Assembly: GCA_002254335.1 (NCBI GenBank)
Contig: NIVA01000001.1
Span: forward strand, 1 to 46,193
Origin: Bacteroidetes bacterium 4572_114
Lineage (GTDB): Bacteria > Bacteroidota > Bacteroidia > Bacteroidales > 4484-276
Direction: 5' to 3'
Length of the DNA: 46,193 bases
Positions within the stretch are counted from its first letter, which is position 1. Every line of letters starts with the position of its first letter. Positions 39,378 through 46,193 of the stretch are shown one piece after another. The notes under the pieces were generated by a model, which was given only the letters and a program-made list of their open reading frames with translations, was not told the origin of the DNA and ran no database searches. Position numbers and translations under genes: made by a program.

Positions 39378-40685
39378 GTGGTAGCCAGGTTGCTGGCCAA
39401 CAAGGGTTATGCTGTGGAAGTTTACATTATTAGGTTTACCGATAAAGCTTCGGAAGATTTTAAAATTAACCACCAAAGGCTGAAAGAAACTGAAAATGTA
39501 AAGGTCAGGGATATTATTGATGGTGATAAATTACCTGTCATAGAAACAGATGACATTGTTATTGATGCCATTTTTGGTTCCGGACTGTCCAAGCCGGTCA
39601 CAGGGTTTCTTGCCCGTATCATCAACCATATTAATCAATCGGGTACAATAACTATTTCCATCGACACACCATCAGGGCTTTTCAGTGATGATAATTCCAC
39701 AGATATTGACGGGGCAATTGTAGAAGCTGATTACACTTTATCGTTCCAGTTCCCCAAATACGCATTCCTTTTCCAGGAAAACGACCGCTATGTGGGCCAA
39801 TGGCAAATATTGCCCATCGGGTTGATGGAAGAATTTATTGCCAATACAGAAGCAAAAAACTTTTTCATCGAAAAAGAAGATTGCCAAATGCTTTTGAAAA
39901 ATAGAAATAAATTCGACCATAAAGGAAAGTTTGGCCATGCCTTGTTGATTGCAGGGGGCTACGGAAAGATGGGCGCGGCAGTGCTGGCTTCGGAAGCATG
40001 CCTAAGGGCCGGCGCAGGATTGGTGAGCACACACATCCCAAAAACCGGCTACCCGATAATCCAAACGGCACTGCCCGAATGTATGGTCAGCATCGACGGG
40101 GATGATTATTATTTTTCAGGCGTGCCCAATTTAAGCCCTTATAACGCTATTGGGATTGGCCCCGGGATAGGGACAGGCAAACAAACCCAAAACGCTTTGA
40201 AATTGCTTATCCAAAACTCAAGCCTGCCTATTCTTTTTGATGCAGATGCAATTAATATCCTTGCCGAAAATAAAACATGGATTTCATTCGTGCCCCAAAA
40301 CAGTATATTCACACCACACCCAAAAGAGTTTGAACGGCTTGTTGGAAAAAGCACAAATCAATTTGAGAGGAACAAACTTCAGCGTGAATTTTCGATCAGG
40401 AACAAGGTGTTTGTTATTTTAAAGGGTGCACATACCTGCATTTCCACGCCACAGGGCAAATGTTTTTTCAATTCAACCGGGAACCCGGGAATGGCAACGG
40501 GAGGAAGTGGAGATGTATTGACAGGGATAATCCTGGGGTTGCTTGCCCAGGGTTACCCGCCGTTTGATGCTTGTATTGTAGGGGTTTATTTGCATGGCAT
40601 GGCCGGTGATTTGGCAGCAAAGAAAAATTCGATGGAAGCGATGCTTGCCGGGGATATCAATAAGATAATCTGTGGAAAAGTGTAG
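39378..40685 (+). CDS. nnr: Bifunctional NAD(P)H-hydrate repair enzyme Nnr (epimerase + ADP-dependent dehydratase) lacking the first 55-60 residues of the epimerase domain
   Basis: 435 aa from a GTG. The C-terminal YjeF_C motifs (HKGKFGHALLIAGG, GNPGMATGGSGDVLTGII) are intact. The ORF opens at ...VVARLLANKGYAVEVY, immediately after where the GxGNNGGDG loop should be. The in-frame upstream stop is at 39315-39317, and no other frame encodes the missing part. Confidence 0.8.
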   Translation: MVARLLANKGYAVEVYIIRFTDKASEDFKINHQRLKETENVKVRDIIDGDKLPVIETDDIVIDAIFGSGLSKPVTGFLARIINHINQSGTITISIDTPSGLFSDDNSTDIDGAIVEADYTLSFQFPKYAFLFQENDRYVGQWQILPIGLMEEFIANTEAKNFFIEKEDCQMLLKNRNKFDHKGKFGHALLIAGGYGKMGAAVLASEACLRAGAGLVSTHIPKTGYPIIQTALPECMVSIDGDDYYFSGVPNLSPYNAIGIGPGIGTGKQTQNALKLLIQNSSLPILFDADAINILAENKTWISFVPQNSIFTPHPKEFERLVGKSTNQFERNKLQREFSIRNKVFVILKGAHTCISTPQGKCFFNSTGNPGMATGGSGDVLTGIILGLLAQGYPPFDACIVGVYLHGMAGDLAAKKNSMEAMLAGDINKIICGKV

Positions 40686-40705
40686 TTTAAACAAAACAAT
40701 ACCCT

Positions 40706-42640
40706 TTATTCCCCGGCAGGGTCCGGTAACCTTTTTAATACTGCGCAATCTTCGTCTGCCTGGTTTACTTCCTCAAGGAAAGAAATTAACGAATTATATG
40801 TTGAATCTGGGTAAACCCCAATGTTCATTTTTAAATATCTGGTGAAAATAAGCTTCAGGCCATCGGTTGTTATTGTTGTGGCAAAATCACCAAACTCATT
40901 GCTAATATCCCTGTTGGAAGATTTTTTCTCTATGGTATATTCCACCGGGAGGTAGTAAACAACGGTGTCGCATTCGATGGTTGAACGGCGGATCAGGATA
41001 TCAGAACCTCTAATGCCCACACGCTTTGGTAACGAGTTGAGTTGGTTAAGATAATTCATTTTAATAAACATCCGGTTTCCCATTGTTGAAGCAAAATTGG
41101 ATGATGTAACCACGATATCTTCGACCATTGATGGGGTTTGGTCTTTTTTCTCATCATAAGTCAAATCATGTAAAACAAAATTAGGGATATGCAGGGCTTT
41201 TTCCGCCGACTCTTTCATATCATGTTCACTGCTGTAAAACGCCCTTTGTTTTTTGTCGAAATAAATTCCTTTGTATTCAGTTTTAATTTCCCCCCGTGCA
41301 TTACCTTTATTATCAATCCTAAAATGTGCTAAACAGGTTTTGAGGTTTTCGGCACCGCTATAAACCTTTGTTTTTACTATAATACCTCCATCTCTATTTA
41401 CAAGCATCACATGCCTGTCGTCGGTAAATTTTCCGATGTGCCCAAAAGGTAACCTTTGGCTTGTGCACTCAAGCCACACTGTATCTCCGGCTAAGGGAAT
41501 ACATAAAATAGCATGGTTAAATTGATTTGACGGGAAATCACAATTTATATCCGGCGCATCAATTCCGGCTTTGACAAGGGTATAATACGAGTCAACCCCC
41601 GCTACATTAAGCAAAGACTTCATGTAATTAGTTAGCGCCTTACAATCGCCGTAGGATAAATCATCCACAGTTTCGGCATCAATGGGCTTCCAACCACCAA
41701 TACCAATCTGAATGTTCACATATCGGGTTTTATCCTGCATGTAATTGTAAAGTATTTCACATTTTTCGAGGTCGCTTTCCGCATCACCAATAATCCTGGC
41801 GATTATAACTTTTGTCTTACCGGGTAACTTATCCTGCCCTTCATTTAGCGCATTTATCCACTGGCCAAAGCCCTCCCAGGATTCGCAATTCCCTTCCAAT
41901 CCATCAATTGAAAACCGGGCCGGGGCCAGATATACTACCGGAGAAATTGTTTCAAATGGTGGACTAAAGTATTCCTCTTCAAAAGAAGGATGGTTTTTTA
42001 TCAGCCAGTAATATTGTTTCAGGTCTTCTTCAATGGTTAGCTGGCAAAGGTTTTCGAAATTATGCTCGTAGTATCTCAGCTTGATATCATTGGGGATCAG
42101 TGCAACGAAAGAAGACTTTTCGACAGCAACCCCATACTCACGAAAAGGTTTCCAATCTGGATAATTTAACAACCCATTATGTACGATCTCATAAGAATAT
42201 TCAACTGTTAAGGGATATTTCACATATTTAGGGTCTATGATTTTCATTCTGGCATCCACAAACAAGGCTCCTTTCATATTGGCGCTAAAATCCTGAATAT
42301 CTTCATTTTTGATCTTCCGCACCCTGTTACCATCTTTGTCGTAAATAGTGCCCTCAATTTTTCTGATTTTTCTAAACTGATCATATCCGGTAATAAAATA
42401 AGACAAATGATGACCGCTTCGATTTAGGATTGTTATTGCAAATTTCACACTGGTTACGGCATCTTCAATACTTTTCAGTGTAAAAACTATTTCCTCGTTC
42501 CTTATAACAGCTTTAGAGTTTGAAATGAGTTTTTTCGGGATTTCACTTACCGCATATTTATTTTCCGAACCGGCCAACAGCAGGCCCGGTATGGCAACAA
42601 TGAAAAAAAATATAAGCAAAAAAATATGTTTACTTTTCAT
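40706..42640 (-). CDS. DUF3857 + transglutaminase-like domain protein (catalytic Cys/His retained)
   Basis: 644 aa with a signal peptide. YGDCKALTNYMKSLL...NHAILCIP...WLECTS fits the transglutaminase-core Cys-His-acid pattern. Confidence 0.75.
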   Translation of the reverse strand: MKSKHIFLLIFFFIVAIPGLLLAGSENKYAVSEIPKKLISNSKAVIRNEEIVFTLKSIEDAVTSVKFAITILNRSGHHLSYFITGYDQFRKIRKIEGTIYDKDGNRVRKIKNEDIQDFSANMKGALFVDARMKIIDPKYVKYPLTVEYSYEIVHNGLLNYPDWKPFREYGVAVEKSSFVALIPNDIKLRYYEHNFENLCQLTIEEDLKQYYWLIKNHPSFEEEYFSPPFETISPVVYLAPARFSIDGLEGNCESWEGFGQWINALNEGQDKLPGKTKVIIARIIGDAESDLEKCEILYNYMQDKTRYVNIQIGIGGWKPIDAETVDDLSYGDCKALTNYMKSLLNVAGVDSYYTLVKAGIDAPDINCDFPSNQFNHAILCIPLAGDTVWLECTSQRLPFGHIGKFTDDRHVMLVNRDGGIIVKTKVYSGAENLKTCLAHFRIDNKGNARGEIKTEYKGIYFDKKQRAFYSSEHDMKESAEKALHIPNFVLHDLTYDEKKDQTPSMVEDIVVTSSNFASTMGNRMFIKMNYLNQLNSLPKRVGIRGSDILIRRSTIECDTVVYYLPVEYTIEKKSSNRDISNEFGDFATTITTDGLKLIFTRYLKMNIGVYPDSTYNSLISFLEEVNQADEDCAVLKRLPDPAGE

Positions 42641-42650
42641 TATCTGTTAT

Positions 42651-44522
42651 TTATTTCACGGTTATTATTATTGGCTCCGACTCTTTATTTACCACTTCAT
42701 TATAAAATGCTTTTAGGTCTCCATATTCAGTTTCCAAAAACAGTTCCTTGTTTACAGCAAGTTTATAATTGAGCATAATCGTGTTGTTTATATTGGAAAT
42801 TGAAAATGTAAAGGTTGCATCATTATTGGGCAACAACAAATGAACTTGCTCAGGGATTTCCTCAACAATAAAATATTCGGGCAGGCTAATTTTCACAACA
42901 CCTCTGTGTAGAACAGGATAGTTTAAATCGATAGGGTATCGTCGTTCTTCTGCTTTGAAAGGATTGTCTTCAATTTTCTCGAGCAGTGTCATTGTTAGGT
43001 AAACAGTATTGCCAATTGATTGAGCATGATTTGTTATCCGCACTTCATATTCCTCTTTAACCGGCCCGTAAACATCTTCGATCCCAGTAATCTTAGCATC
43101 AATTATTTCAATATCAGGATGCCCTTTCGTAAGATATTCAACATACTCATCAATACTGTTGTAATTCTCAAGTTTCTTCCGAATATCATACGCGGCATAG
43201 TCCATTTTAATGTACGAAAGTTTGCCTGTAAGCGATAAATCCTTTTGCAAACTTAATTCGTAATAGGACAACTGATCATCCTTGTATGCTGTATTTATGT
43301 CAATCCATCTTGATGCGTCTTTATCAACCAGCCGCCCCTTCCAGTTTAGGCATTTCTTTGGCAACATATAGTATGGAAGATATTTATCAGTACCATCGAC
43401 AAGCACAAAACCATCACCAATCTTTACATAAGCCAGCACATAATTAAGCCGTTGAAAACTAGCGTAAACCAGAGATAAAATACCATTCTCCTTTGTACTT
43501 AAAACCACGGGATATACTTCAAAATCCAACTTTTCAAGTAACCTGATCAGTGTTAGGTTTATATCTGCTGAGTTCCCTATACCCTCATCTCGTGCACCAC
43601 TTAATGTATGACATTTAGCTGTGTAGCGGTCTCTCCCATTAAATTCAATGGTTTCGTGCACGAAGTCGAGGGCTGCAACAATTTTCGCTTCCTGAGTCTG
43701 ATATTTTGAATTAATTCCCTTTGCCACCTTATTAAGATAAGAGCCGGAATTTAAAACTGAACCAAATTGCCGGTTTTCCATCAATATTTTAGAAACGCTT
43801 TCCCAGGATACACTATATTCTCGGAAATATCCAGGAATGCTGATTGAAAGTATATCAAACTCAAACTTTGTTATGTAGTTTTCACGCGAAGTCATAAAAG
43901 GCTCCTCCTCGAAAGCCGGAACATCTTTTGCGACCCATCGATTGTTTTCTCTGATATATAGCGGTTCGTTTCCAAAAAAGGTTTCCCTGAACCTGATATA
44001 GTGGGGTTTATCAATGCGTAGCTCACTCCAAACTACTGGAACATCTTCCTGGAAATACCAATTCCACGGAAACCCAAAGTAGTGTATATGAAGATCTATC
44101 ACTGAACCCTCCCTAACATTTGGCATTGCAACGTTTACAACACAAAAATCCTCTGTTATCCTTTCTTTATAAATGGACTCTCTGGAGAGCTTATCAACAA
44201 CAACCTTACCGTCAACGAGATTATATGTATTGCCTTTGATGCTCGATTTCTGACTTACCCTAAACTTGCGATTGGCAAAATTATACCCCTCCTTTTTCAA
44301 AATCTTAACCCTAAAAACATGGGTAAAATAATGACTTTTATTGTCATAGTACCCATATGAACATAATACAACCGCCGCTGCATCAGGATCGGGCAGATAC
44401 TCTTTCATTTCAAGTTCCTCGATTGTAACTTTCCCGAATTTAACAGGATCTTTTGCCCCCAGGCAGGTTTGGGATACGAATAGTGCAATTTGAAAAATGC
44501 AAATCCAAATGTTTATTTTCAC
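42651..44522 (-). CDS. DUF3857/DUF3858-type transglutaminase-fold protein, catalytic residues substituted
   Basis: 623 aa with a signal peptide. The N-terminal FGKVTIEELEMKEY motif is typical of DUF3857. The equivalent core reads GIGNSADINLTLIRLL...LNYVLAYV, with no Cys or His at the aligned positions. Confidence 0.7.
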   Translation of the reverse strand: MKINIWICIFQIALFVSQTCLGAKDPVKFGKVTIEELEMKEYLPDPDAAAVVLCSYGYYDNKSHYFTHVFRVKILKKEGYNFANRKFRVSQKSSIKGNTYNLVDGKVVVDKLSRESIYKERITEDFCVVNVAMPNVREGSVIDLHIHYFGFPWNWYFQEDVPVVWSELRIDKPHYIRFRETFFGNEPLYIRENNRWVAKDVPAFEEEPFMTSRENYITKFEFDILSISIPGYFREYSVSWESVSKILMENRQFGSVLNSGSYLNKVAKGINSKYQTQEAKIVAALDFVHETIEFNGRDRYTAKCHTLSGARDEGIGNSADINLTLIRLLEKLDFEVYPVVLSTKENGILSLVYASFQRLNYVLAYVKIGDGFVLVDGTDKYLPYYMLPKKCLNWKGRLVDKDASRWIDINTAYKDDQLSYYELSLQKDLSLTGKLSYIKMDYAAYDIRKKLENYNSIDEYVEYLTKGHPDIEIIDAKITGIEDVYGPVKEEYEVRITNHAQSIGNTVYLTMTLLEKIEDNPFKAEERRYPIDLNYPVLHRGVVKISLPEYFIVEEIPEQVHLLLPNNDATFTFSISNINNTIMLNYKLAVNKELFLETEYGDLKAFYNEVVNKESEPIIITVK

Positions 44523-44636
44523 TTTATTGATTTTTATTGATTAATAATTGCAACAAATATACTAATTTATGCAGGACTAAGACATTTGGGGAAAATGGCT
44601 AAAAATTATATAGCGAAGCGAACTAATAACCCGGAA

Positions 44637-46193
44637 CTATTCATTTCCATCTACATAAAACCCAACCACAAAATCATCAATATAAAAACGCTTCCTTTCA
44701 ACATTCCACACATAAACCTTTATCTTATCATTTTGCGACTTAATTTCAGGCATATTAAAATCAAAGAAAGCCTGGTCCCATTGACGTGGCCCGACAAAGT
44801 TTTCGATTTTAGATGCAGCCCAAACATAGCCTTTCCCCTCCTCATTTTCTATGGAGACCACTAAAGGTACATTGGTAAGGGAATCAATAGAATGTACAAA
44901 TACCGACATTTTTATCCGGTCAAACCCTCCATTATTGACTTCACCAACCTTAATTTCAAAAGCAGGCCCATATTCGGTATTGACATCAAACCTGTAACTT
45001 ACCATGCCGTGATGGAACAGCGTTGTATCCAGGTTGGCAGGATCCCCGCCCCAAGCCAATCCATCCTCAAAATCATTGGTAAAATAAGCAACAGGTCCAG
45101 GCGGGCTGATGCAGGAGTCGTTGGTGTTGACGGAATAAAGTGTGACTGCCGAAAGGCCTGAATAATTATGTTGCTGCAATTTGCAGGGATATTTTCGCAG
45201 GATGATATCATCAATTTCGGGTGGGCAGGGCTTGGTCCAGGCATGGACAAAATATGGTGCGTTACTTTTATCAACTATCTTTTTCAACGCCAGCAAATCT
45301 TTTCCTCCACCGTTATCGTATTGGGCAAACTTAATCCCGGGTTTTATCCCGTCCAGGTAATAATGAATGTAAAAAGGATTATTGACCACAATTGTATTGG
45401 TCACATTTTCGTCTCCAAATTCACCATTCCAATCTGCAATTTTTTGTGCTACATCTTTAAACTCCCCAAAATGCTGTTTCTCATAAAAGTGGTTGATCTG
45501 AAAAATCTGCTGTGTCCCAAATAGCATCAACGCAACGACCAAGGCCCTCACAATTTTTGAAGCCTTATCGGTATAAAACGAAAATAAAAAGAGGATTGCA
45601 AAAGGAAACGCAAACAAAAGAATGGAGAACTGAAGTATTGGGTTCCTGAAAATTGAATAGAAGTACCCGATTAGAAATGCAAGGACAAACCACAAAACCG
45701 AAAGCCAGTGAAAACGTGTAAATTTCTTTTCAGGTGATATAAAATACCCAACTAAACCCAAAGCAAATAATATTAAAAAACTTATCCATGATCCATTAAC
45801 CGAATACTTTACATATCCCACAATCCAATTCGGATATGGTTTTGCTAACCAGCCATCCTCGCCCCCTACCCCACCAATCCCAAACTGGTACATAAAAACA
45901 TCTAAATGCGGCAGATATAAAACCCCTACCGCCAGGCCTGCAAAAATGTACCTCCAAAGGTTTTTTCCCTTCAAAAAAAACAATCCTGAAATTCCAACAA
46001 TCACCACAAACAAAAAACTGTAATGGTGGGTGTAGGCTGTTAGTGCAGCAAAAACCGAAAAGCCCAAATAATCTTTCAGGCACTTATCCTTATCAAAAAC
46101 AATTTTTGTCCAAAACCAAACGGTGATAAGGGTAAAAAGAAGCCCGGGGCTGTAGGGCCGGGCCAACTGGCTGTAAAGTATGGGGTACTGAAG
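44637..46193 (-). CDS. Polytopic membrane protein with C-terminal soluble domain, possibly a GT-C-fold (GT39/ArnT-like) glycosyltransferase; the 5' end is outside the window
   Basis: The frame stays open to the window edge (LQYPILYSQLARPYSPG...). At least 7 hydrophobic helices are followed by an approximately 290-aa hydrophilic domain. The functional call rests on architecture only. Confidence 0.45.
   Translation of the reverse strand, partial: LQYPILYSQLARPYSPGLLFTLITVWFWTKIVFDKDKCLKDYLGFSVFAALTAYTHHYSFLFVVIVGISGLFFLKGKNLWRYIFAGLAVGVLYLPHLDVFMYQFGIGGVGGEDGWLAKPYPNWIVGYVKYSVNGSWISFLILFALGLVGYFISPEKKFTRFHWLSVLWFVLAFLIGYFYSIFRNPILQFSILLFAFPFAILFLFSFYTDKASKIVRALVVALMLFGTQQIFQINHFYEKQHFGEFKDVAQKIADWNGEFGDENVTNTIVVNNPFYIHYYLDGIKPGIKFAQYDNGGGKDLLALKKIVDKSNAPYFVHAWTKPCPPEIDDIILRKYPCKLQQHNYSGLSAVTLYSVNTNDSCISPPGPVAYFTNDFEDGLAWGGDPANLDTTLFHHGMVSYRFDVNTEYGPAFEIKVGEVNNGGFDRIKMSVFVHSIDSLTNVPLVVSIENEEGKGYVWAASKIENFVGPRQWDQAFFDFNMPEIKSQNDKIKVYVWNVERKRFYIDDFVVGFYVDGNE

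Noticed and set aside
44586-44864. A 92-aa plus-strand ORF lies at the end of the membrane-protein gene.
   Set aside because: It is antisense to the C-terminal domain of the long minus-strand ORF and has low-complexity, Ile/Asn/Lys-rich composition.

Overview
This is a chromosomal segment that looks like Bacteroidota. That call is inferred from three things: a T9SS-type C-terminal sorting domain, TAnnTTTG -7 boxes upstream of several genes, and the gene order rpsL-rpsG-fusA-rpsJ...rplQ followed by eno. The core (14040-32294, minus strand) is an intact, tightly packed str/S10/spc/alpha ribosomal superoperon of 33 genes. It includes rpmJ and rpmD, which are too short for the ORF track and which I recovered by manual translation. 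Enolase lies downstream of it. This block looks entirely ordinary. The two flanks (1-11850 and 32350-46193) are more accessory-like. They carry a SUMF1/FGE-domain secreted protein, an XRE-HTH/membrane-protein/Ntn-hydrolase cluster, a fused aconitase-family dehydratase, an MNT-HEPN toxin-antitoxin pair, a class-V aminotransferase-fold enzyme and a radical SAM protein. They also carry an IS200-like Y1 (RAYT-type) transposase embedded in REP-like hairpin clusters, a T9SS-secreted two-HKD PLD-family nuclease, a VOC protein, an SDR, Nnr, two DUF3857/transglutaminase-like paralogues and a partial polytopic membrane protein. I do not see a convincing new multi-gene system. The flanks stand out in two ways. 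First, disrupted genes are unusually dense there: the GEVED fragment, hsdR remnant, nonsense-interrupted HEPN toxin, internally deleted metallophosphoesterase, 3'-truncated SDR and 5'-truncated nnr. Second, there are several unannotated repeat families: a nested-palindrome element in three copies, two of them abutting truncated genes; a split 41-nt direct repeat bracketing a 6.6-kb segment; REP clusters around the RAYT; and 7/8-nt tandem arrays at two loci. All homology statements come from reading the translations against remembered family motifs; no searches were run.
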